IMG/VR virus record: IMGVR_UViG_3300028591_000094
Location: 64,001-128,000 of that record
Origin: a virus
Taxonomy: Duplodnaviria > Caudoviricetes
DNA: 64,000 nucleotides
Strand: one strand, 5' to 3'
This document shows, piece by piece, positions 9,464 through 18,410 of this stretch (within the stretch, counting starts at the first letter, position 1; each line of letters begins with the position of its first letter). Position numbers and translations under genes: made by a program. The notes below the pieces were generated by a model, which saw nothing but the letters and a program-made list of their open reading frames with translations, did not search any database and had not been told where the DNA came from.

Positions 9464-10207
9464 TTATGATTTATTATATCTCTTAATTTTATATAAATTC
9501 TTTCGCATAAAGCTATGTTTTAGAAGAATTGCTATCTTTCCGAAGATATTTTTTCCACCGTACTGTCTTATTGTTTGAACATACTGGTTGAAATCCCTAG
9601 TGTAGGCTTTCTGGAAGAAATATACCAGAATGTCGTCTGGTGTCAGAAAACGGTAGTTGGCAAGGCGCCCGTCAAGTCCAACGTCCACCCTCAGGTCGGG
9701 GTTTCTTTCATTGAAACCGTCACAGGCACCATGTGAGTGACCGTGTAGTTGTATGGTTCCGTGTTCCTTGCGGTTCCATGACACCATTGGATAGTGGCAC
9801 ATCTCGAAACAGAACGTCTCGCCAGATTCGTCCTTGTATTTGAACTCCTTTATCTGGGTTATCTGCTGGAAATACCCATCCAGCTTGTCACTGTTTCCGT
9901 CATGGTTACCTAGAATCAGGAACTTTTTTCCGTGTAATTTGGATAGCAGTTTCTTGTTTTCCTCAGCCGTGTTGAAAGAGAAATCACCGAGGATGTACAC
10001 CGTGTCGTGTTTCGACACCTGGCTGTTCCACAGGTCAATCAACCACATGTCCATGAGGCTAATGATTTTACCCTCGCTAAACTCTATGTTATTTTTGCGG
10101 CAGTACTCCTTGATTTTCTCGATACGTCTCGGGCAGTATTTGAGAATGTTCTTATGATGGAAGTGGAGGTCTGAGGTAAAATATATTTGCGGTGTTTTTT
10201 TATCCAT
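9464..10207 (-). CDS. Metallophosphoesterase (phage type)
   Basis: YFTSDLHFHH, LGDFS, GNHD, CHYP, LHGHSH; start placed at MDKK, 10237 is the alternative. Confidence 0.9.
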   Translation of the reverse strand: MDKKTPQIYFTSDLHFHHKNILKYCPRRIEKIKEYCRKNNIEFSEGKIISLMDMWLIDLWNSQVSKHDTVYILGDFSFNTAEENKKLLSKLHGKKFLILGNHDGNSDKLDGYFQQITQIKEFKYKDESGETFCFEMCHYPMVSWNRKEHGTIQLHGHSHGACDGFNERNPDLRVDVGLDGRLANYRFLTPDDILVYFFQKAYTRDFNQYVQTIRQYGGKNIFGKIAILLKHSFMRKNLYKIKRYNKS

Positions 10208-10221
10208 ATTTTGTACTTTAA

Positions 10222-10539
10222 TTATTGTATGTACCAACTTGTGTCCAATTCTTTAAGCTTTTCAATGCATTTGACTAGCATGTACGATATTTTGTGGAAG
10301 CTATAACTGGCGTCGCATAATATATCGGGGTTTAGTTCGGTGTGTTTCAAGGAATCGTGTATATCCGAAAACCTCTCCAGCTGTTCCATAAGAGTTGAGC
10401 AAGTGTCTGTGATATCAGCGACCACTGGTTTTAAACCAGAGGCATTTGGCGTTTCCTTCTCCGTTTGATTGTGATAGGCTTCCGCCAGTCTTGCGAACTC
10501 GTCTTCAGGTGTTTCTGATTGTAATTTGTCTATCTCCAT
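10222..10539 (-). CDS. Hypothetical protein
   Basis: Start placed at MEIDK to avoid overlap. Confidence 0.6.
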   Translation of the reverse strand: MEIDKLQSETPEDEFARLAEAYHNQTEKETPNASGLKPVVADITDTCSTLMEQLERFSDIHDSLKHTELNPDILCDASYSFHKISYMLVKCIEKLKELDTSWYIQ

Positions 10540-10544
10540 GCGAA

Positions 10545-11090
10545 TTAGTCGAAAAAGAATGTTATGCGCACATCTTCGACGTGGAGGCCCCAACTCTCAC
10601 CAGTTATCTCCTCATACTTGTGTTCGGCGAGTGTCTGTGCGGTTATACACTCACTGAGAAGCCCGTCATAAGTTTGGAAGTATTCCTCGAAGACTTCGTG
10701 ATAGTAATTGTTACTCAAGATGACATCATGGTAGTCGTCGGCGTCCTTCACTTCAGCCTCCTTGCCGTTGAGCTTGTCGGCAATCTGCTGAAGCATGCAA
10801 CAAGTGAACTCGGACTTGATGTTGTCCATAGCCTCAAGTTTCTCCCTTTCCACCCAGGCGGCAAGCTCCTGTAGTGTCATGTAGGACATCCCATAACAGT
10901 AGTAACCATCGTGACCGTCGTCGCGTTTATAACCAGATATGTCGACACAGGTGTCGGCTGGAAGACCTCTGCCGTAATAATCTTCGTTGTTATATTGATT
11001 GAAACCGTGGTAGTTGTCGCAAACTTCACCACAGTTAACCCAACCGTCCTTTGTCTTCAATTCAGTGATTCTATGGCAATATACACTCAT
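10545..11090 (-). CDS. Hypothetical protein
   Basis: 181 aa; RGLPAD..SYMTLQEL..VRITFFFD. Confidence 0.75.
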   Translation of the reverse strand: MSVYCHRITELKTKDGWVNCGEVCDNYHGFNQYNNEDYYGRGLPADTCVDISGYKRDDGHDGYYCYGMSYMTLQELAAWVEREKLEAMDNIKSEFTCCMLQQIADKLNGKEAEVKDADDYHDVILSNNYYHEVFEEYFQTYDGLLSECITAQTLAEHKYEEITGESWGLHVEDVRITFFFD

Positions 11091-11104
11091 AATGTTATGC
11101 TTTT

Positions 11105-11329
11105 TTATGCTTTATTGTATGGTACAGGAACCTCGCGCAGGATGACGGGATTTTCCCTTGCATCCTCCTCGGCGATTAGCTGGTCGATACCAGCGTACAT
11201 GTCACCAGAAACAGGACCACCATATATACCGTTTTGCATAAAATAGCGTCCCTCAACCAAATCCAGCTGGGTGCCCTTGGCAATGCCTCTATAGTCTGTT
11301 TTGAAAATAAATCTACGATTGCGTTTCAT
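11105..11329 (-). CDS. Hypothetical protein
   Basis: 74 aa, ATGA overlap with the upstream gene. Confidence 0.65.
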   Translation of the reverse strand: MKRNRRFIFKTDYRGIAKGTQLDLVEGRYFMQNGIYGGPVSGDMYAGIDQLIAEEDARENPVILREVPVPYNKA

Positions 11330-11829
11330 TGTTCGTGTTCTTGTTTTTTCTTGTTTATTTGTGACACGAGAGTTTTCAGGAACGGGGTGTACATCATATC
11401 GATAGTCTCCCAGTCAACGTGGTCTTTCAAAACTCCTGTGGTATCGTACAATAGCGGTGTTCCGAACGCCTTGTCATCTATGTAGAACGTTGCATACATT
11501 TTCTTGCAGCCTGGGTCGCGTTCTTCATTCTCAGGATTAACGTTAACCCCGTCGAATGTAAACCCGCAGTTGGCGCACCAAACCACCGCAGCCTCCAGGT
11601 CTTTCCCGTGTCTCATGGTATGCAGGAGAATTTTACACCCTAAATCATGTTGCCACTTGTGAAGAACCTGAAATACGTTGCCGTTCGGTCTGACAATGTT
11701 GGGGTATCCGTCCGTAAGGGCTATTGTACTGTCGAAATCCACTGCTATCGATATTCCATGTTTAGCCAGTGCCACCACTTCGGTTGTAAGGTGGTTGTTA
11801 ACTCTCAATATGTCTGTTCTTTTTATCAT
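11326..11829 (-). CDS. HAD-superfamily hydrolase
   Basis: IAVDFDSTI, LHTMR, K..ATFYIDDK. Confidence 0.85.
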   Translation of the reverse strand: MIKRTDILRVNNHLTTEVVALAKHGISIAVDFDSTIALTDGYPNIVRPNGNVFQVLHKWQHDLGCKILLHTMRHGKDLEAAVVWCANCGFTFDGVNVNPENEERDPGCKKMYATFYIDDKAFGTPLLYDTTGVLKDHVDWETIDMMYTPFLKTLVSQINKKKQEHEQ

Positions 11830-11883
11830 TTCACTTAGATAACGGTAATTTCCGAATTTTCGTACGAAATGGTTGCTTTTTTT

Positions 11884-12078
11884 TTAATTCTGGATACTAA
11901 TCGACTGTTCTGCTGGCAAGAAATCGAAGTCGTCCTCGTTGAATGTTGCATTCTTGCCGAACTTGTACTTGGGGTCGTCCGAATCCGAGTGGATTATAAC
12001 CCCCACATTTTTATTAGTAAAGAAAATCACAACATCCTTCCCGTCAACTTGTTTGTAGCCTAAATAAGGGTAAATCAT
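11884..12078 (-). CDS. Hypothetical protein
   Basis: 64-aa ORF. Confidence 0.6.
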   Translation of the reverse strand: MIYPYLGYKQVDGKDVVIFFTNKNVGVIIHSDSDDPKYKFGKNATFNEDDFDFLPAEQSISIQN

Positions 12079-12143
12079 AGTGTTTCTATTGTTTTAAATC
12101 TTTATTAAGTATAATATAATAATATTTCTTTCCGAAAACAAAC

Positions 12144-12323
12144 TCAAAGCTCGTCTATCGCCACGAAATGTCGGCAGTTGTTGTTGTGTACCCTATGCCA
12201 GAAATCGGCGTACTTCTCAGCCTCCTCACTGGTCAGGAACAGCACCTTCATGCCGTGCGACTCAATCGGGTGCCAGGTTCCCTCGAGAACCATGATGAAA
12301 AACATCTGTTTGCTCTTACTCAC
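12144..12323 (-). CDS. 59-aa hypothetical protein (not in the ORF track)
   Basis: GTGA overlap with the upstream stop; MSKSKQMFFIMVLEGTWHPIESHGMKVLFLTSEEAEKYADFWHRVHNNNCRHFVAIDEL fills the gap. Confidence 0.6.
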   Translation of the reverse strand: MSKSKQMFFIMVLEGTWHPIESHGMKVLFLTSEEAEKYADFWHRVHNNNCRHFVAIDEL

Positions 12324-12721
12324 TTTTCAATGTCTTTAAGAAGATTTTCCAAATAATCGCGGGCTAACTCGACCTCCGCGCGTGCGGCTCTGATTTTATC
12401 CAGGTCTTGTTCTGTATAGGGTCGATTGCCATTGCAGAAATCCTTGTATGATATAGTTTTGGCACATCCCAAGGTTTCCAGTTCAACCACATAGTCACTC
12501 CACTTGAAAAGTGAGCCTTCATATGTCTCGTTATCCACGGCGTATTTAAGGTCTCTGAAGTCGATGAAATGGTCGCACAGTTCAAGGATACCGCCGACTT
12601 CACCCCCAACCCAGTAATAGTCGGGTTCAATGTTTTCTGAATGGCAGAATGCCCTGCAGTATGCATTGACAACTTCTTGATAGCGTTCAAACAGGTCGTA
12701 GACTTCTTGCGTTTTGCTCAT
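12320..12721 (-). CDS. Hypothetical protein
   Basis: 133 aa; YYWVGGEVGG..FIDFRDLKYAVD. Confidence 0.75.
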   Translation of the reverse strand: MSKTQEVYDLFERYQEVVNAYCRAFCHSENIEPDYYWVGGEVGGILELCDHFIDFRDLKYAVDNETYEGSLFKWSDYVVELETLGCAKTISYKDFCNGNRPYTEQDLDKIRAARAEVELARDYLENLLKDIEK

Positions 12722-13128
12722 TGTTTTTGTTTGTTTTTTTCGTTATACTCTCTTGCTTTTTTGACTATCATCTCCCTCACGGCATACCTTCTGACCTGGT
12801 CGATGATAAAATCAGCGTGACAGGATTCGTCCAGGCGGCAGTAGCACCCCACATACACCGTGTCGTATTTCTTGTAAGCCTCGACAATCTGGCGAAAAGC
12901 TTTCTGAAATGGTCTGGCTTGCAGGTCGGTGGACTCCATCATCTTCTTGAAATACTGTTTGTATAGTTCGATGGCGGTGTCCCTGTCCTTGACCTTTACA
13001 AGAGCCTTGGTATTCCTGTCCTTGATGTGGGTGTAGGGGTTGCCCAAGATACCAGCGCGCGAGACGTCGAACGCATTGTCACCCACGTGGTCTTCCGTCA
13101 GCTTGCAGTATCTTATAATCTTACTCAT
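12718..13128 (-). CDS. DUF4326-like protein
   Basis: SRAGILGNPY..R..AI..Y..GCYC....CHAD. Confidence 0.75.
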   Translation of the reverse strand: MSKIIRYCKLTEDHVGDNAFDVSRAGILGNPYTHIKDRNTKALVKVKDRDTAIELYKQYFKKMMESTDLQARPFQKAFRQIVEAYKKYDTVYVGCYCRLDESCHADFIIDQVRRYAVREMIVKKAREYNEKNKQKQ

Positions 13129-13172
13129 TAACGTAACAGTGGGTCATAATTAAAAATTGTTTTCACCTTTAC

Positions 13173-13184
13173 TATTAATATACG
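13173..13184 (-). promoter_or_regulatory. CGTATATTAATA putative early/middle promoter
   Basis: Recurring motif. Confidence 0.65.
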
Positions 13185-13226
13185 ATTTTTTCTCTAAACG
13201 TTTTGAAAATATTTGGAAAAAGAATA

Positions 13227-13233
13227 TATTTAT
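13227..13233 (+). promoter_or_regulatory. TATTTAT putative late promoter
   Basis: Precedes the plus-strand gene at 13254. Confidence 0.6.
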
Positions 13234-13253
13234 CTATATAAATCACGTTGAAA

Positions 13254-13754
13254 ATGAACATAAAGAGTTATATATCGAAATTGGTGAACGAATGTATTCA
13301 CGCAAATCAGGAGGAGAATCTCCGCGAAAGCATACGCCCGATGGTAGCCAAAGCCCTCATGGAATCAATGTATGAAAAAAAGGATGACAACAAGAAGGAT
13401 GAGGATGAAATTGAAGCGACTGTCGAAAAACTTATGCAAGACCCCGAATTCAAGGAGAAAGCTATTGAGTATCTTGATGACGAAGACGCTTTCAAGAGCT
13501 GGAGCGATTCGTTTGACAAGAAAACCTATGATAAACTCGACAATATGTCTGACGGTGCCAAGCGCAGAATCATATCCCAGTTGCTCCAAGACGAGAAAAT
13601 CAATCACGCTCCAATAGCATATGCCCTCTGGCCTAGTATGTCTGAGGATGCCGCCCGTTCATGGTTTGCCAAGAAAGTGAACGGTACTAACGGCGAGGAA
13701 TTTACTGACGAAGAATACGCTCAGATATACAACCTATTACACAACAGACTTTAA
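13254..13754 (+). CDS. Probable head-internal protein
   Basis: N-terminal VNE/LRES/LMES sites; own promoter and terminator. Confidence 0.65.
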   Translation: MNIKSYISKLVNECIHANQEENLRESIRPMVAKALMESMYEKKDDNKKDEDEIEATVEKLMQDPEFKEKAIEYLDDEDAFKSWSDSFDKKTYDKLDNMSDGAKRRIISQLLQDEKINHAPIAYALWPSMSEDAARSWFAKKVNGTNGEEFTDEEYAQIYNLLHNRL

Positions 13755-13773
13755 GAATCATCGATTCATAAAC

Positions 13774-13803
13774 AAAAGCCCCCAAGGAATTGAGGGCTTT
13801 TTT
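13774..13803. terminator. Bidirectional terminator
   Basis: AAAAGCCC..GGGCTTTT between convergent genes. Confidence 0.75.
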
Positions 13804-13821
13804 GTTTTGTTGTTATTTTTT

Positions 13822-14307
13822 CTATTCCTCTTTGTGCCAGATGTTTTGGTAGTCGTAGCACCAGTAGGTGACGCCTGGCTGAATGCCCTCGGTGCAGAAC
13901 TGCAGCAATATGTCCATAATGTGCTTCAGATGCGTTACCATGAAACTGTCGAGCTCAATCATGTGCTCCATATCCTCTGGCGGAAACTTTGCCCCTGTCG
14001 GGTCTTCCAGGGTGTCGGGATATGCGTGGTCGTGGATTCCAATAATCCAGGCAATCTGTTCCCAAATGAAGCTGCCGCCCCAAAGGTTGAAATTATCAAA
14101 CCCGTATACACTGTCAATCCCAATATGGTACTTCTCAAGGACATCGCCGACAGTACAGTCCTCCTCGCCACCGTTGGGTAGCCGCATTCGGGTTCGAATA
14201 TTATACTGGTCGTAACTTTTGAGAATTTCCTCAAAATTAATCTGGCTGAAATTCATAGCCTTTATCAGCGCTATGTGTTCCTCGGTAAAAGTTAGTTTAA
14301 TTTTCAT
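13822..14307 (-). CDS. Hypothetical protein
   Basis: 161-aa ORF. Confidence 0.7.
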   Translation of the reverse strand: MKIKLTFTEEHIALIKAMNFSQINFEEILKSYDQYNIRTRMRLPNGGEEDCTVGDVLEKYHIGIDSVYGFDNFNLWGGSFIWEQIAWIIGIHDHAYPDTLEDPTGAKFPPEDMEHMIELDSFMVTHLKHIMDILLQFCTEGIQPGVTYWCYDYQNIWHKEE

Positions 14308-14324
14308 AATTAAATATTTGATTA

Positions 14325-15215
14325 TTAAATGAATAATGACTTTTGAGCTTGTAATTTTGACATTGCTGAGCGGAGAAGCTTGTTAACCTTGACAACACTC
14401 ACCCCAAGTTCCCACGCTAAACCGCTCACCGTCATTTCACGTCCGTCCAGCCCGTACTTTTTGACAATTACGTAGCGTTCGGTGTCGGACAATTTTTGTA
14501 GTGCGCGCATGAGATTTTCATGTAGCAGCTTGGTGTCAATATCTTCCTCAATTCTGGCATCCAATCCGATTTCACGGGTCGGTTCGTCGTCATCCTCGTT
14601 GTTCGCGGGGAGTAGAATGTCTATCGGTTCAACGGTTACATTTACCAAATCCAGCTTGTTTTTGATAATGATTCCCGCCGCCAGGAACTCGTCGTGAAGT
14701 TCATCCAGACTCGGGTAATATCCGTTCTTGTTGAAAAACTGTTCGGTGATGCGGTCGATAACACCATGAACCTTTGTGTGATTAGGTTGGTAGATTAGGT
14801 TGTTGTCTTCAAGAAACTCGAAGATGTATTTTAGAATATATCGGCTGGCAAACGTAATGAACTTGGTATTTTTGCTGGCGTCGAAACGGTCAAGGGCTAT
14901 ATTCAACCCGACGTTAGCTTCGCTTATCAGGTCGCAGATGTCAACGTCCGACGGTCTGTAGCGTTTCGCCGCCATGAAAACGAATTTCTGGTGGCTGCTA
15001 ATTACGGTTGTCTTGGCTTGCATGTAGCCTGGACGCTTTTCCTGGTATGTAACAATTAATTCCAATTCTTTCTCCCACGGCAGCTGGTTGTATTTGTCCG
15101 CATCGTGCAAATATCTCTCCAGGTTGTCGTTTTTTACATTATAAAACCTTGTGTTGTTCAAGTTGGTCAGATTGAGATATGTCTGACTGATTGTCGGTCT
15201 CTTAAATTCTTTCAT
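14325..15215 (-). CDS. Phage sigma-70 family factor (divergent, regions 1.2-4)
   Basis: YLHD..L..EKE, KFVFMAAKRY, DLISEANVGL..A.DRFD....KFITFA, region 4 LSDTERYVI..KYGL. Confidence 0.85.
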   Translation of the reverse strand: MKEFKRPTISQTYLNLTNLNNTRFYNVKNDNLERYLHDADKYNQLPWEKELELIVTYQEKRPGYMQAKTTVISSHQKFVFMAAKRYRPSDVDICDLISEANVGLNIALDRFDASKNTKFITFASRYILKYIFEFLEDNNLIYQPNHTKVHGVIDRITEQFFNKNGYYPSLDELHDEFLAAGIIIKNKLDLVNVTVEPIDILLPANNEDDDEPTREIGLDARIEEDIDTKLLHENLMRALQKLSDTERYVIVKKYGLDGREMTVSGLAWELGVSVVKVNKLLRSAMSKLQAQKSLFI

Positions 15216-15238
15216 ATATTTTTTGCATTTAATTGAGT

Positions 15239-15697
15239 CTAAAGTTTTTTACATAGTTTAACCATCGAGCTTAAACCGTTGGCATCACTTGGCGTAAAAA
15301 CAGCCATCTGTGTATCAAGTGGTAGATAACCGTGCCGTCGGTACCACTCATAGGCTACCGTATCTGGCGTTGCATATAGATATACCCTGTCAAACCCCAT
15401 GCTCTTAGCCTCTTTCTCACACTCAACTAACAGTTTGTTACCATAGCCTCGCATTCGACGTTTGGGGTGTACCGACATGCTGGTAATAACAGCCTCGCGC
15501 ACCTCCACAAGTTTGTCTGTGGCTTCATCCAACTCGTATTCATTACTAACACCAACGGTGGCTGTACCGTACCCATTTGATGTGATGCAAATTACACTGT
15601 CACCCCAACTCCAATTATTGCGATGTTTAATTATCTTCATATTATTAAAACACAAAACTTTACCAAAACTTTTCTTATATTTTGGACTTTTATTCAC
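15239..15697 (-). CDS. GNAT acetyltransferase
   Basis: SMSVHPKRRMRGYGNKLL, A..WYRRHGY. Confidence 0.9.
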   Translation of the reverse strand: MNKSPKYKKSFGKVLCFNNMKIIKHRNNWSWGDSVICITSNGYGTATVGVSNEYELDEATDKLVEVREAVITSMSVHPKRRMRGYGNKLLVECEKEAKSMGFDRVYLYATPDTVAYEWYRRHGYLPLDTQMAVFTPSDANGLSSMVKLCKKL

Positions 15698-15761
15698 ATA
15701 TATAACGCAATGAACAGGCTTTTTTGTACGGGATGTTCAGCTTTTTTCTTCGATTGTCCAT

Positions 15762-16295
15762 CTATTTTTTCTTTTTAAGTATAACAATTGTTCTGGTTCC
15801 TTCAGCTTTGGGCATCGATTCTGGCACTGCGACCTCGTTCACCATCATTATGAACTCAAACAATGCCTTTTCAGACTCTTCGCGTCGGCTGAGTTCGCGC
15901 TGGCGCATTGTCAACACAACCTTAACCTTGTCACCGTCGTTGATGAATTCCATCGCTTTCTTTGCCTTGGTGTTCATGTCGTTCTGTGCGATGTTTGTCG
16001 ACAGCTGTATTTCTTTTAATTCGGTTTTCTTCTGTTTGTTCGCCTTGGCTTTTTTCTTTTCCTCGTACATATACTTGGAATAACTGGCTATCTTCAGGAT
16101 TGGCGGATTCGCTGCAGGGTTGATTTCAATTAAATCCAGTTCTAATTTATTTGAAAGTTTTTTTGCCTCTTTCAGACTCATCACGTTTGACGCGTATTCA
16201 TCTCCGTCGGGGTATATCACTCTCACATTGTAGTCACCGTACAGTTCGTCATTGATTCTCGGCTCGTTGTTCTTTTTGTTGAAGTTTTTTCCCAT
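15762..16295 (-). CDS. infC: Translation initiation factor IF-3
   Basis: RINDEL..VRVI, LDLIEINPAANPPILKI..YSKYMYE, KEIQL, GDKVKV. Confidence 0.95.
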   Translation of the reverse strand: MGKNFNKKNNEPRINDELYGDYNVRVIYPDGDEYASNVMSLKEAKKLSNKLELDLIEINPAANPPILKIASYSKYMYEEKKKAKANKQKKTELKEIQLSTNIAQNDMNTKAKKAMEFINDGDKVKVVLTMRQRELSRREESEKALFEFIMMVNEVAVPESMPKAEGTRTIVILKKKK

Positions 16296-16298
16296 TGA

Positions 16299-16874
16299 CT
16301 AATGTCTTAGATATAATTTAGCTATAATTTCGTCTTTGTGCTTTACAAGTTCGTTGTATTTATCCCATTCCTTGTTCCTTTTGTATATGTTAAACTTGCG
16401 CAAATGTTGAGCAATCTCCTGTCTACGGTTAAACTGTGGGAAATCATAGACGGTTAGGTCGAGGTTTTTCGTGTTTTCTTCAATGATTTTCAAACATCTT
16501 TCCTTGTCACCGTTTCCATCGAACGGGGATGAGCCCACAATAGTCGTCGCGACTTTCTTCCCCTTGAACTCTTGGTTGGCTGTTGCAAGACAGTTTTCCA
16601 AAGCGTCATAGTTGAGGTAGTCGCGCTTCGAGTGCGGGTATCCGCAAATATACATAAGGGATATTATAGGTGTTGTGTCAACGGTCAACCGCTTGCCGTA
16701 CTTGCGTCTGTCAGCATACGGTGTCTGTTTGTTAGCTTCTTCCAAACCTGGGTATTTAACAACCATCTTGGACTGAAAACCCTGGGTCAGCAGATTATAA
16801 ATACTGGTTCCCACAAGGATTACTTCATAATTATCAGTATCCCAAATAAGGTCTTTGTTTTCAATAATTTCCAT
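16299..16874 (-). CDS. Macrodomain (Poa1p/TARG1-like) protein, divergent
   Basis: DL..VILVG....L.QGF....KYP..LNYDALENCL..F.GKKVA...G....G.G. Confidence 0.6.
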   Translation of the reverse strand: MEIIENKDLIWDTDNYEVILVGTSIYNLLTQGFQSKMVVKYPGLEEANKQTPYADRRKYGKRLTVDTTPIISLMYICGYPHSKRDYLNYDALENCLATANQEFKGKKVATTIVGSSPFDGNGDKERCLKIIEENTKNLDLTVYDFPQFNRRQEIAQHLRKFNIYKRNKEWDKYNELVKHKDEIIAKLYLRH

Positions 16875-17286
16875 TTAATATCTTCTCGTAGAAAATTATA
16901 TGCTGTTTATGTGTCAACGGTTTAAGTTCCTCCCATGACATCCATCTATACTGGTCGATTTCGGGTGTTACCCCGTTTGGGCATAAATTAGAGTGGCATT
17001 CGGCTGGATTTATGTCCTCGACTTTCACGCCGAACGCACCAACGTTTTTCTTAGGGTTCTGTTTCACCTGTCCTAAATAGACCATTGCATTTTTATATGC
17101 TGTTAGGTCGACACCGCTCTCCTCCCTGAACTCACGCAACGCTGTCTCGAGGTCATTCTCATCACCCTCAGTACCGCCTTTCAGCAAAGCCCAATAGTTG
17201 TCACGGCACCCGCCTGGATGCCCGACAAAAAACAGGAGTTGCCTATTTACTTCTTTATACGGTATAATACCAACTGATTTTTTCAT
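16861..17286 (-). CDS. Nudix hydrolase
   Basis: Nudix box GGTEGDENDLETALREFREESGV; HPGG..W; PEID..W. Confidence 0.9.
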   Translation of the reverse strand: MKKSVGIIPYKEVNRQLLFFVGHPGGCRDNYWALLKGGTEGDENDLETALREFREESGVDLTAYKNAMVYLGQVKQNPKKNVGAFGVKVEDINPAECHSNLCPNGVTPEIDQYRWMSWEELKPLTHKQHIIFYEKILNGNY

Positions 17287-18365
17287 TATTTGAAATTTTT
17301 GCTGTTTTTTAACTCTTTCAACGTTTTCTTTTCATCCTCTGACAGTGTTTTCGGCATAATCTGGTTAACGTACACCAGCATATCCCCATTACGATAACCG
17401 TTCGACAAGCCTTTACCCTTAACAACCACTCGTGAATTCTCCTTGGAACCCTGCGGAATTGTTATTTTCACCTTGGTGCCATCGAGACACGAAACCTCTT
17501 TTTCACACCCCAGGATGCAGTCTATGATATTTACGTTTGTCTTGCAGTAAATGTCAAAGTTGTTGTTGCTGATACCGAAAACGCTGTGTTGCTTGACACG
17601 GAACACAACAATCAGGTCGCCGCATTCGCCCATTCCGTTAGGGGCTTCATTTCCTTTACCCTCCAACACCGTGTAACTGTTATCTCTGGCTGTTGGTGGA
17701 ATTTGTATTGTTACCGTCTCGGATATCTGCACTAGACCGCTACCATGACAATCAGGGCATGGGTCTGTATTTACGGTACCCGTTCCATGGCATGTTGTGC
17801 AGGGCATTCTCTCTATCTGTGTGAAGGCTCCATTTGTGTAGCTTCTTGTACGGACACCTGTTCCGTGACAGTCGGGACATGTCTGGACATTGCCAGACCT
17901 GCTGCCACTGCCGTTGCACTCGGAACACTTGCCCATTCGCTTGTATCTGATGGTTTTCGTTGCGCCGTTGTAGATGTCCTCCAGCGTACACTCCAACGCT
18001 ATCCTGCAGTTGGTACCCTTTGCCACTCTTTGGAAATTCTCTTCTCCGAAACCAGCGAACATATTCTCGTGCATCCGACGGAACATTTCCATCAGGTCGT
18101 TATTGCTGGCGCCCTCGAAACCACCCATGCCTTCTATCGTACCGTATGTGTCGTAGTGCTTGCGCTTTTCAGCATCACTCAGCACCTGGTAGGCTTCGTT
18201 GATGTCCTTAAACTTTTCCTCAGCCTGTTTCTTCTCCTCGTCAGACTTGTCGGTCTGTTTGTCTGGATGGTACTGGGCCGCTAGTTTGCGAAATGCTTTC
18301 TTGATTTCTGCATCCGACGCGCCCTGCGCCACACCTAAGATTGAATAATAGTCTTTGTTTGCCAT
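17286..18365 (-). CDS. dnaJ: Chaperone DnaJ (class A)
   Basis: J domain with HPD, four CxxCxGxG repeats, C-terminal domain. Confidence 0.97.
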   Translation of the reverse strand: MANKDYYSILGVAQGASDAEIKKAFRKLAAQYHPDKQTDKSDEEKKQAEEKFKDINEAYQVLSDAEKRKHYDTYGTIEGMGGFEGASNNDLMEMFRRMHENMFAGFGEENFQRVAKGTNCRIALECTLEDIYNGATKTIRYKRMGKCSECNGSGSRSGNVQTCPDCHGTGVRTRSYTNGAFTQIERMPCTTCHGTGTVNTDPCPDCHGSGLVQISETVTIQIPPTARDNSYTVLEGKGNEAPNGMGECGDLIVVFRVKQHSVFGISNNNFDIYCKTNVNIIDCILGCEKEVSCLDGTKVKITIPQGSKENSRVVVKGKGLSNGYRNGDMLVYVNQIMPKTLSEDEKKTLKELKNSKNFK

Positions 18366-18378
18366 GTTGTTTAAGAAA

Positions 18379-18400
18379 GGGGGAGAGTGTGCCCTCCCCC
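18379..18400. other. GC-rich hairpin between dnaK and dnaJ (attenuator or stabiliser)
   Basis: GGGGGAG / CTCCCCC stem. Confidence 0.55.
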
Positions 18401-18410
18401 GTCGCTTGCA

